Positions 1-12,800 of a stretch of 64,000 nt of DNA are shown here, in pieces. Source of the DNA: Octopus sinensis (taxonomy: Eukaryota); the NCBI RefSeq assembly GCF_006345805.1, contig NC_043024.1, positions 14,446,001 to 14,510,000 on the forward strand, written 5' to 3'. The translations under genes were made by a program, and so were the position numbers. Each line of letters begins with the position of its first letter. Position 1 is the stretch's first letter. The notes beneath the pieces were generated by a model. The model ran no database searches. It had not been told where the DNA came from and saw nothing but the letters and a program-made list of their open reading frames with translations.

Positions 1-129
1 TCACTGGCATGGATGATTTTACATCGTTGCAACAGGTAAACATCAGTCTTAAACAGATGGAAAAATACCCGCCTTCCTTGACCCTGAAGGTAGGTTGGTC
101 CTTCTTCAATTGACACTAATCAACAGTAA

Positions 130-748
130 GGTCTTCAGGCTGGTATATTCAGGCATACACAGATGACATCAACCTCATTGTGTCAAAGTTGGTACACCTA
201 CAGAGGTTAAGAAAAGCCATCAAGGAATGTGAGGCAGTAGCAGGCACAAAAGTTAACTGGGATAAGTCAATCTGCTTGCAACACAGTACTTGGAGAGATA
301 AGACAATACCTCCCAAAAACATCTTAGTGCCTTGGATTGAGGGGTCGGTTAAAATGCTCTAGGGATCGGTATAAATGCTCTAGGGATCGGTATAAATGCT
401 CTAGGGGTTTGGTTTTGACCAGACCTCTCAATAGAGAAGAACTGGAGTGAGGTGATGAGCAGGGTAACCCACCTAACTCAGACCTGGTCTGAGGGCAATA
501 ACCTGAAGGGGAGGACATAGGTCGCAGGAGTGTTTTCTGCTTCTGTGATTACATATTGCCTAACTATCGTGCCTTGCCCCCATTCGTGGTTGGTCAAGTT
601 GGAGCAGCTGCTTTTCGACTTTTAGTGGAGGGGTAGAAGACCTCTTGTAAAGCGCTGTCTGCTGCCAGCACCTTCTAAATGGTGGGCTAGAGATGCCTTG
701 GCTGTAGCTGCACAGACATGTGCTGAGGCTGAGGCATCTATGGCTCTA
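130..748 (+). mobile_element. Decayed L1/Tx1-clade LINE reverse transcriptase C-terminal fragment
   Basis: AYTDDINL, KVNWDKS, LKGR, LLF.F.WRG, GGL.MP motifs with stops; 21-bp unit repeated about 3 times at 340-403. Confidence 0.65.
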
Positions 749-779
749 CCTGTTTCTTTTTCCGATAGACTACATTGGG

Positions 780-852
780 ATGAATTTCAAGTTTCAAAAC
801 GTTGCTTACATTTTACTCAGCCTCATAATATACTCAATGGCATTCCTTTATG
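780..852 (+). CDS. First coding exon, signal peptide [24 protein letters not shown]
   Basis: Acceptor tttctttttccgatag ends 768; ATG at 780; basic residue then hydrophobic core; donor G|gtattt at 853 in phase 1, matching exon 3590. Confidence 0.7.
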
Positions 853-3800
853 GTATTTCTTCCAATAAAGCCCCAGGCCCATCAGGAATTACTGCAGAGA
901 TGCTCAAAATATCTGGCAGTGTCGGCTATAACCTAGTCACCCGTATAGTCAACCAGGTGATACACGAAGGAGTCATACCCAATGACTGGTGTAGCAGCAT
1001 ACTAGTCAACTGCTACAAAGGTAAAGGTGATGCCCTGGATACAAATAATTACAGAGGTATCAAGCTGTTGGATCAGGTAATGAAGGTTACGGAGAGGGTC
1101 TTAGCCCAACTAATTAGAGAGAGAGTTAGTTTAGATGAGATGCAGTTTGGGTTTGTCCCAGGGAAAAGCACCATGATGCTATATTCCTGGTAAGGCAGCT
1201 GCAGGAGAAATACCTAGCCAAGGATAAGCCCCTGTACCTGGCTTTGTTGACATGGAGAAAGCCTTTGATAGGGTCCCCCGATCCCTCATCTGGTGGTCAA
1301 TGAGGGAACTAGGGATAGATGAATGGCTGGTGAGGGCTGTGCAAGCCATGTACAGAGATGCCGTAAGTAAGGTTAGAGTTGGCAACATGTACACAGAAGA
1401 ATTCAAAGTAGAGGTTGGGGTCCACCAGGGTTCAGTACTCAGCCCCCTCCTATTTATCATAGTCCTCCAGGCAATAACGGAGGAATTCAAGACCGGTTGC
1501 CCCTGGGAGCTCCTCTATGCTGACGACCTCGCTCTAATCGCTGAGTCACTATCAGAACTGGAGGAGAAGTTCCAGGTGTGGAAGGAGGGTTTAGAATCGA
1601 GGGGCCTTAGAGTCAACCTAGCTAAAACCAAAGTACTAATAAGTAGAAAGGTAGAAAACCCACAAATATCATCAGGAAGATGGCCCTGCTCGATCTGTAG
1701 AAAAGGTGTAGGTAGAGAAACTCTATAAGATGTACCCAGTGTAAGCTATGGACACATAAGAGGTGCAGCAATGTCAAAGGTAGGCTAACTGGGAAGATAG
1801 TTTTTGTATGTGGCAGGTGCTCTGGAGCACAGACCTCCGAAAATCTGCAGAAAACAACTTCTGTCACTTTCGGGGGGAAAAACTAGAAGTAGTTGATAGT
1901 TTCCGCTATCTAGGTGACCAAGTCAGTAGTGGGGGTGGGTGCGCTGAAAGTGTAACTGCTAGAATAAGAATAGCCTGGGCAAAGTTTAGGGAGCTCTTAC
2001 CTCTGCTGGTGACTAAAGGCCTCTCGCTCAGAGTAAAGGCAGACTGTATGATGCATGTGTACGAACAGCTATGCTACATGGCAGTGAAACATGGGCCGTG
2101 ACTGCTGAGGACATGCGTAAGCTCGTGAGGAACGAAGCCAGTATGCTCCGATGGATGTGTAATGTCAGTGTACTTACTCGACAGAGCGTTAGTACCTTGA
2201 GAGAAATGTTGTACCTAAGAAGCATCAGTTGTTGTGTGCAAGAGAGACGATTGCGCTGGTATGGTCATGTGGCGAGAATGGATGAAGAGAGGTGTGTGAG
2301 AAAGTGCCAATCCCTAGCAGTTGAGGGAACCCGTGGAAGAGGTAGACCCAGGAAAACCTGGGACGAGGTGGTGAAGCACGACCTTCGGACGTTAGGTCTC
2401 ACCATGGAAATGACTAGAGACCGAGACCTATGGAAGTATGCTGTGCGTGAGAAGACCCGGCAAGACTAGTGAAGCCATAATCCGTGGCCCCTACCTGGAC
2501 GTAGTCAGTCCACCTGTGCATACCTTCCTTCTTGTGACACTTGTGAAGACCTGTTGAGGCAAGTGAGAATAGAATCGAATCGTATCAAATCAAATCGAAA
2601 TAGATGAACATCAATGGAATTTGTATCCTTGTGGTACCAGTGCCGGTGGCACATAAGAAAACCATCCGAACGTGACCGTAGCCAGTACCGCAATGACTGG
2701 CCTCCGTGCTGAGGGCACGTAACAAACACCATCCGAGCGTGGCCGTCCGCCAGCCTCGTCTAGCACCTGTGTCGGTGACACATAAGAAAACACCATCCGA
2801 GCGTGGCCGTCTGCCAGCCTCGTCTGGCACCTGTGTCGGTGGCACATAAAAAACACCATCCGAGCGTGGCCGTCTGCCAGCCTCGTCTGGCACCTGTGTC
2901 GGTGGCACATAAAAAACACCATCCGAGCGTGGCCGTCTGCCAGCCTCGTCTGGCACCTGTGTCGGTGGCACATAAAAAACACCATCCGAGCGTGGCCGTC
3001 TGCCAGCCTCGTCTGGCACCTGTGTCGGTGGCACATAAAATCACCCACTACACTCTCGGAGTGGTTGGCGTTAGGAAGGGCATCCAGCTGTAGAAACACT
3101 GCCACATCTGACTGGCCTGGTGCAGCCTTCGGGCTTCCCAGACCCCAGTTGAACCGTCCAACCCATGCTAGCATGGAAAGCGGACGTTAAACGATGATGA
3201 TGATGATGATGAACTCCAGGATTAATCTTTTCTTGTCTATGTAACAATTGATGACAACAATCAGCTTTTCTGATGTGGAGAGTTAGAGAGCAACACTGCA
3301 GATACTGAACTGTAAAAGTTATATTATGAATGAGCCATGGTTTTCATTTGTAGTACTTGGCATTTTATCTCTTCTACTAAATTGTTTAAGAAATCACGAA
3401 TGTTATTAACTTGCTTTTCTCCCCTAAAAATCTTGTATTTATCCAAAAAAATGTTACTAATATCTCTACTAAATACAGCAGCAAGCCACATCCTGCCATT
3501 AAGTCAATGAATTTAGCTGCTATTGAGATTTTACCTCATGAATTTCAAATGTGACATTTTAATAAATCCCTTTTTAATTCTTGTTTTAGTTGAAAAGTGC
3601 AGATTAATGGATGGAATGGCAAATGGGAAATTGATCCCAGATTCTGATATCTTCATCCCCACTAAGGAATCTCCAGAAGTGCTACGGCCTTCTGGAATAG
3701 GTTGGAAAATAAAGCCATTTACTTTAGCAAAACTTGAAGTTAAAATTGATAACAACATTTTGAAATATGGAGCAGTCGTTATTTTGCGGAAGCATAAAAA

Positions 3801-6800
3801 TGTAGCTCAATTTCTCATAAGTTACGAGACAGAGCATAGAAATGTAATATGGGTAAGTGACATAAATATTTACTTTTATATTAGTTTAACCCTTTAACAT
3901 TCAGATATTTTCTGTCAAACGTAATCCTTATTCTTTCACATTGTTTTAAATTAATTATGCATTATCTTGTGGCTTTGAGATTTTGATGATGTGATTGTTT
4001 ATTTTGAGAATGACGCTGTAGTAATGGAAGGCATTCAATTTGATACTATTCTGATTTAGCTATCTTTGTACTTGTTGTGATGGGACATCTGAGATATCAT
4101 TGTATATTTTAATTAAACTCTGAATAATGAAAAAGAAGAAATAGCACATTCCATTCGGCAAAACATAATCCAAATTTCATTAGAGAATAAAGTCTAAAAT
4201 ATTTAACGTGATGGCACAGATGTGGCCGTGTGGTAAAATCTTGCTTTGAAACCATAAGGTTTCAGGTCAGACCCAGTGAAAAGATGTTAGAGCAATTGCT
4301 GGACAGCCTTGACGTTGGCTCAATTGGACTACTGAAGACCAGACTACAGACAAGAGTGTTGAGCCAATTAAAGTGCTCAGAGGGGGGAGTTAACCCTGTA
4401 CTGCTTATACTGAGGTCTCTTCATTAAATGCAAGCTTTTTCTTTGTTTAGGAAAACAAACAGAATGAATTGGTTTGGTTCTAATTTATTTCTCTGGTGGA
4501 TATTTTGTTGAACTTGACGAGGTATTCACAAAGTCTAAATACAAGACAAGACACTAGGTATTTACTTCACTCTGTAAAGCTGTGTTCTCTTAATATCATA
4601 TCTGGTTCTTTTTTGCAATAGGGTTTCAGAGCAACTGAAAATGGTACCATACCACAAGGAACAAATGCAGACCAGATTCTGATTCGCTTTCGACCGGTAA
4701 ACTCACAGGATGCAATGACTGTCACTCTGTCAATTATTGGCTGTTTCCAAACAATAAGTAAGTTAATCATATTTAATTCTATTTGATGTGCTTCAATGTG
4801 TTACTGCTGTGTTTTGTGTCTGTATGTGTTTGTTTTGTTTGCTTGTTTTTTCTTTTATCTCACATATATGTATGTATTTATATGTATGTATATATATATG
4901 TGTGTGTATATTATTATCGAGATGGTGACTGCACTCCAGAAATAAGACGGCGGATAGTACCAGGCAGAGAGGCTATGGTCAGCATGAGCAGGGTCGGGAA
5001 GAGTAGAGACATCAGACTCACTACTAAATGCAGATTGGTGAACGTAATTGTCTTCCCAATAGCAACATATGGATGCGAGACCTGGACACTAAAGAAAGCT
5101 GACCAGAAGAGAATTAATGCATTCGAGCTTTGGTATTGGAGAAGACTTTTACGAATTCCATGGACAGCGAGGCTCACCAATAGAGAAGTTCTTAAGCAGA
5201 TCAGGCTGAAAACGTCACTAGAAGCTAGGATCACCATATTTTGGTCATATTATGCAGAGAGAATCCCTGGAGAAGGACATCATGCTCAGAATGGTCAGTG
5301 GCAAGAGAAGAAGAGGCCGACCAAGAAACCGCTGGCTTGACACCATCAAGAGTGATACCGGAATGGACATAGCCAATCTTGAAGAAGCGGCCCAGGATAG
5401 AACTGACTGGAGGACACTGATCCAATGAGTAACCGAGAGTCGACTTCGACTGAGTGGATAGTTAGAGAGATATTATTAGCCCAGACACGGCATCCTGACT
5501 ACCAGCAATAGGCTCCCACAGGCTGTGTCTGATAGATCAGAAGACTGTGCAAGCAAGTTCTGCAAACCATTTTGCTTAGAATGGAAGAAGCAGTAGTCAA
5601 GGTGTCAGAAGATTTGACAACAGAAAAAAAAAAAAAACATTGAGTTTAACCAAAATAAAAGAAATTTAATTTAGAGGCAAATAAATATTTAGGAAATAAA
5701 TAGGCAGTTCTTTAGAGAGATCTTTAGAGAGTTCTTTCATTTATCTCTGAAGAGTGTAAATTCCTTTTGGTGAGGTCTTCTTTTATTCAGCAGTCTTCTC
5801 TATCGTTTTTGTTTTCTTATTTTTTTTTTCAAATTGACCCTGTTTTTACTTCCAAATACACTTTAGTCTCGTACCAACTTACATTTTACTCAGCCTCCTA
5901 ATTTTCTCAATGGCATTCCTTTATGGTATTTCTTCCTATAACTCCAGGATGAATCTTGTCTAAGTAACAATTGATGACAACAACCAGATTTTATGATGTG
6001 GAGAATTTGAGACCAACACTGCAGAAACTGAACTGTAAAAGTTATATTATGAATGAGCCATAGTTTTCATTTGTAGTACTTGGCATTTTATCTCTTCTAC
6101 TAATATGTTTAAGAAATCACGAATGTTATTAACTTGCTTTTCTCCCCTACAAATCTTGTATTTATCCAAAAAAATGTTACTAATATCTCTACTTAATACA
6201 GCAGCAAGCCACACCCTGCCATTAAGTCAATGAATTTAGCTGCTATTGAGATTTTACCTCATGAATTTCAAATGTGACATTTTAATAAATCCTTTTTTAA
6301 TTCTTGTTTTAGTTGAAAAGTGCAGATTAATGGATGGAATGGCAAATGGGAAATTGATCCCAGATTCTGATATCTTCCTCCCCACTAAGGAATCTCCAGA
6401 AGTGCTACGGCCATCTGGAATAGGTTGGAAAATAAAGCCATTTGCTGCTTCATCACAACTTGAAGTTAAAATTGATAACAACATTTTGAAATATGGAGCA
6501 GTAGTTATTTTACGGAAGCATAAAAATGTAGATATGTTTTTGATATTTTATCAGGAAGATGATTCAAACGTAATAAGGGTAAGTGATATAAATATTTACT
6601 TTTATAAAAGTTTAACCATTAAACATTCAGATATTTTCTGTCAAACGTAATCCTTATTCTTTCACATTGTTTAAAATTAATTATGCATTATCTTGTGGCT
6701 TTGAGATTTTGATGATGTGATTGTTTATTTTGAGAATGACACAGTAGTAACGGAAGGCATTCAATTTGATGCTATACTGTGTTAGATATCTTTGTACTTG

Positions 6801-9800
6801 TTATGATGGGACATCTGAAATATCATCGTATACTTTAATTGAACACTGAAAAATGGAAAAGAAGAAATAGCACATTCCATTTGGCAAAACATAATCCAAA
6901 TTTCATTAAAGAATAAAGTCTAAAATATTTAACGTTAAGGTGGCCGTGTGGTAAAATCTTGCTTTGAAACCATAAGGTTCCAGGTCAGACCCTGTGAAAA
7001 GATGATAGAGTCATTGCTGGACAACTTTGACGTTGGCTCAATTGGACCACTGAAGACCAATGGTTAAACCAGACTACAGACAAGAATGTTGAGCCAATTA
7101 AAGTGCTCGGAGGGTGGAGTTAACCCTATACTGCTTATACTGAGGTCTCTTCATTAAATGCAAGCTTTTTCTTTGTTTAGGAAAACAAACAGAATCAATT
7201 GCTTTGGTTCTAATTTATTTCTCTGGTGGATATTTTACTGAACTTGACGAGGTATTCACAAAGTCTAAATACAAGACGAGACACTAGGTATTTACTTCAC
7301 TCTGTAAAATGGTGTTCTCTTAATATCATGTTTGGTTCTTTTTTGCAATAGAGTTTCAATGCAACTGAAAATGGTACCTTACCACAAGGAACAAATGTAG
7401 ACCAGATTCGGATTCGCTTTCTATCGGTAAACTCAGAGGAAGCAATGACTGTCACTATGTCAATTATTGCCTGTTTCCAAACAATAAGTAAGTTAATCAT
7501 ATTTAATTCTATTTGATGTGCTTCAATGTGTTACTGCTGTGTTTTGTGTCTGTATGTGTTTGTTTTGTTTGTTTCTTTTTTCTTTTACCTCACATATATA
7601 TATGTATTTATATGTGTGTATATATTATTACTGTACATGCAGCCTCTTGACTACCACCAACAGGCTCCCACAGGCTGTGTCCAATAGCTCAGAATTCTGT
7701 GCAGGAAAGCTCTGCAAACCATTTTGCTTAGGACGGAAGAAACAGTAGTCAAAGAAGACAGAAGAATTGACCCTGTTTTTACTTCCAAATACACTTTAGT
7801 CTCATACCAACTTCATACTCTGCATTCTTTATGTTGCCAAGTTCACGCTGTTTTTGCAGCAAGGTGGGAACCTTCCACCTTACAAAGACACCACTCTACA
7901 CATAAACCAACTCACATTCATCGTCACATCAAACTGGCTTATTACCATTTTCCTTGACACCTAATACTGTGTCAACTGTTCCTCATGCCTGGCACCATGG
8001 CACTTGTTGAGAGCCCCACATCGACCGCATGGCACTGAATACTACAAAAACAATTTACATCAGCTTCCAGCACGAACTCCCAACACAATTTAACTTACCA
8101 CATGTCAATGAGTAGGCTTTATAGTTCACCCAAACAATAAAAAGAATGCCAAAATCCTACTGCCTATGCTTTAAGCAGTAACATATCCACAGTAAATGTT
8201 TTTGTCCTGCCTTGGAAAACCAGAGATCGGTGTTCTAATATGTGTCGTATGAAGGAGAAATTATCTCAATATTATTTTTTGCTCATAACAATATGTTATT
8301 TTTGTATGTCTGGAATTATATGAATACAGAAACACATGCATATGTATTTCACACAGAACATTAAAAAATTTGTTGTATTTGGTCAATATTCTCTTTCATA
8401 ATCAAAAACTGCACATAACTTTAATATTTAATTTCTTTGGACTTAAACACAAACATTGAAAAAAATGAATGACTGAATTTTGAAAAATGCAATTGTAGAA
8501 ACATCTCTGCCATTTTAATGCCATTTTAGAAATTACACAAAATGAGTAAACATAGTTTCTAGTGCTACATTTTGTATCTGCCTAAATGTAAAATGAGTTA
8601 TCTATTTTGCATTTCCAGCACCATCAAGCCCAACACCATATTTAGGATTGAGTCCAACAGGTTAGTAAATATTACCTTGAACTAAAACAATTTATATGCT
8701 ACCATTTCAATTCATTGTGTATATGTGTATCAGTACAAATGCATGGACATCTATATATCTTCATGTCAATATGGGGGGATATCAGAATCTGGGATAAGTA
8801 AGTTAATCACCTTTAATTCTATTTGATGTGCTTCAATGTGTTACTGCTGTGTTTTGTGTCTGTTTGTGTTTGTTTTGTTTGCTTCTTTTCTTTTTTCTTT
8901 TACCTCACATATATATATGTATTTATATGTGTGTATATATTATTATCCCACATGCAGCCTCCTGATTACCACCAACAGGCTCCCACAGGCTGTGTCCAAT
9001 AGCTCAGAATTCTGTGCAGGAAAGTTCTGCAAACCATCTTTCTTAGAACGGAAGAAACAGTAGTCAAAGAAGACAGAAGGTTTGACAATAAAGAAAAACC
9101 GTTGAGTTTAACTAAAATAAAAGAAATTTAATTTAGAGGCAAATAAATGTTTAGGGAATAAATAGTGAGTTCTTTAGAGAGATCTTTAGAGAGTTCTTTC
9201 ATTTATCTCTGAAGAGTGTAGATTCCTTTTGCTGAGCTCTTCTTTTATTCAGAAGTCTTTTTTACCTTTTTTGCTCCCTTCTTTTTTTTTTTTTTTGACT
9301 TGACTCTGTTTTTACTTCCAAATACACTTTAGTCTGGTACCAACTTCATACTCTGCATTCTTTATGTTGCCAAGTTCACACTATTTTTACAGCAAGGTGG
9401 AAACCTTCCACCTTACAAAGACACCACTGTACACATAAACCAACTCACATTCACAGTCACATCCAACTGACTTATTACTGTTTTCCTTGACACCCAATAC
9501 TGTGTCAAGTGTTCCTCATGTCTGGCACCATGGCACTTGTTGACAGCCTCACTTCGACCGCATGGCACTGAATACTACATAAACAATTCACATTGGCTTC
9601 CAGCACGAACTCCCAACACAATTTAACTTACCACATATCAAAGAGTAGGCTTTATACTTTGCCCAAACAGTAAAATAGAATGCCAAAATCCTACTGCCTA
9701 TGCTTTAAACAGCAACATAACCACAGTAAATGTTTTTGTCCTGCCTTGGAAAACCAGAGATTAGTGTTCTAATATGCGTCGTACAAAGGAGAAATTATCT

Positions 9801-12800
9801 CAATATCATTTTTTGCTCATAACAATATGTTATTTTTGTATGTGTGTTATTACATGAATACAGAAACACAATCATAAGCATTTCACTCACAACATGAAAA
9901 AAAACTGCTGTATTTGGTCAATACTCTCTTTCATAATCAAAAACTGCACATAACTTAAATATTTAATTTCTTTGGACTTAAACACTGTTAGAAAGAAAAT
10001 GAAAGACTGAAATTTGAAAAAGGCAATTGTGGAAACATCTCTACCATTTTAGAAATTACGCAAAATGAGTAAACATAGTTTCTAGTGCTATAATTTGTAT
10101 CTGCCTAAATGTAAAATGAGTTATCTACTTTGCATTTCCAGCAACATCAAGCCCAACACCATATTTAGGACCGAGTCCAACAGGTTAGTAATTATCAACA
10201 TGAATTCAAACCTTTTATATGCTAACATTTCAATTCATTGTTTATGTTTATGTATCAGTACAAATGCATGGACAAATCTTGTATTTACCAAAACAATATT
10301 TTACTAATGTCTCTACTAAATACAGCAGCAAGCCACACCCTGCCATTAAGTCAAGGAATTTAGCTGCTATTGAGATTTTACCTCATGAATTTCAAATGTG
10401 AGATTTTAATAAATCCATTTTAATTCTTGTTTTAGTTGAAAAGTGCAGATTTATGGATGGAATGGCAAATGGGAAATTGATCCCAGATTCTGATATCTTC
10501 CTCCCCACTAAGGAATCTCCAGAAGTGCTACGGCCATCTGGAATAGGTTGGAAAATAAAGCCATTTGCTGCTTCATCACAACTTGAAGTTAAAATTGATA
10601 ACAACATTTTGAAATATGGAGCAGTAGTTATTTTACGGAAGCATAAAAATGTAGATATGTTTTTGATATTTTATCAGGAAGATGATTCAAACGTAATAAG
10701 GGTAAGTGATATAAATATTTACTTTTATAAAAGTTTAACCATTAAACATTCAGATATTTTCTGTCAAATGTAATCCTTATTCTTTCACATTGTTTAAAAT
10801 TAATTATGCATTATCTTGTGGCTTTGAGATTTTGATGATGTGATTGTTTATTTTGAGAATGACACTGTAGTAACGGAAGGCATTCAATTTGATGCTATAC
10901 TGTGTTAGATATCTTTGTACTTGTTATGATGGGACATCTGAAATATCATCGTATACTTTAATTGAACACTGAAAAATGGAAAAGAAGAAATAGCACATTC
11001 CATTTGGCAAAACATAATCCAAATTTCATTAGAGAATAAAGTCTAAAATATTTAACGTTAAGGTGGCCGTGTGGTAAAATCTTGCTTTGAAACCATAAGG
11101 TTCCAGGTCAGACCATGTGAAAAGATGATAGAGTCATTGCTGGACAACTTTGACGTTGGCTCAATTGGACCACTGAAGACCAATGGTTAAACCAGACTAC
11201 AGACAAGAATGTTGAGCCAATTAAAGTGCTCGGAGGGTGGAGTTAACCCTGTACTGCTTATACTGAGGTCTCTTCATTAAATGCAAGCTTTTTCTTTGTT
11301 TAGGAAAACAAACAGAATGAATTGCTTTGGTTCTAATTTATTTCTCTGGTGGATATTTTACTAAACTTGACGAGGTATTCACAAAGTCTAAATACAAGAC
11401 GAGACACTAGGTATTTACTTCACTCTGTAAAATGGTGTTCTCTTAATATCATGTTTGGTTCTTTTTTGCAATAGGGTTTCAATGCAACTGAAAATGGTAC
11501 CTTACCACAAGGAACAAATGTAGACCAGATTCGGATTCGCTTTCGACCGGTAAACTCAGAGGAAGCAATGACTGTCACTCTGTCAATTATTGCCTGTTTC
11601 CAAACAATAAGTAAGTTAATCATATTTAATTCTATTTCATGTGCTTCAATGTGTTACTGCTGTGTTTTGTGTCTCTATGTGTTTGTTTTGTTTGTTTCTT
11701 TTTTCTTTTATCTCACACATGTATGTATATATATATATGTTGTGTGTATATCATTATCGAGATGGTGACTGCACTCCAGAAATAAGACGGCGGATAGTAC
11801 CAGGCAGAGAGGCTATGGTCAGCATGAGCAGGGTCTGGAAGAGTAGAGACATCAGTCTCACTACTAAATGCAGATTGGTGAACGTAATTGTCTTCCCAAT
11901 AGCAACATATGGATGCGAGACCTGGACACTAAAGAAAGCTGACCAGAAGAGAATTAATGCATTCGAGCTTTGGTATTGGAGAAGACTTTTACGAATTCCA
12001 TGGACAGCGAGGCTCACCAATAGAGAAGTTCTTAAGCAGATCAGGCTGAAAACGTCACTAGAAGCTAGGATCACCATATTTTGGTCATATTATGCAGAAA
12101 GATTCCCTGGAGAAGGACATCATGCTCAGAATGGTCAGTGGCAAGAGAAGAAGAGGCCGACCAAGAAACCGCTGGCTTGACACCATCAAGAGTGATACCG
12201 GAATGGACATAGCCAATCTGGAAGAAGCGGCCCAGGATAGAACTGACTGGAGGACACTGATCCAATGAGTAACCGAGAGTCAACTTCGACTGAGTGGATA
12301 GTTAGAGAGATATTATTAGCCCAGACACGGCATCCTGACTACCAGCAATAGGCTCCCACAGGCTGTGTCTGATAGATCAGAAGACTGTGCAAGCAAGTTC
12401 TGCAAACCATTTTGCTTAGAATGGAAGAAGCAGTAGTCAAGGAGTCAGAAGATTTGACAAAGGAAAAAAAAAAAACATTGAGTTTAACCAAAATAAAAGA
12501 AATTTAAGTTAGAGGCAAATAAATATTTAGGAAATAAATAGGCAGTTCTTTAGAGAGATCTTTAGAGAGTTCTTTCATTTATCTCTGAAGAGTGTAAATT
12601 CCTTTTGGTGAGCTCTTCTTTTATTCAGCAGTCTTCTCTATCGTTTTTGTTTTCTTATTTTTTTTTTTTCAAATTGACCCTGTTTTTACTTCCAAATACA
12701 CTTTAATCTCGTACCAACTTACATTTTACTCAGCCTCCTAATTTTCTCAATGGCATTCCTTTATGGTATTTCTTCCTATAACTCCAGGATGAATCTTGTC

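Noticed and set aside
720-1193. 157-aa ORF as a membrane-anchored reverse transcriptase
   Set aside because: Chance in-frame fusion of Tx1 remnant, host signal exon and truncated RTE; RT is frameshifted downstream.
2585-3174. Repetitive minus-strand ORFs with 21-aa repeats
   Set aside because: Products of the 63-bp minisatellite in the RTE 3'UTR, open in several frames.
5894-5925. 32-nt exon from ttttactcag to gtattt in the signal-exon remnants (also 12734-12765)
   Set aside because: Not a multiple of 3 and has TAA in the phase 1 frame; treated as a duplication relic.
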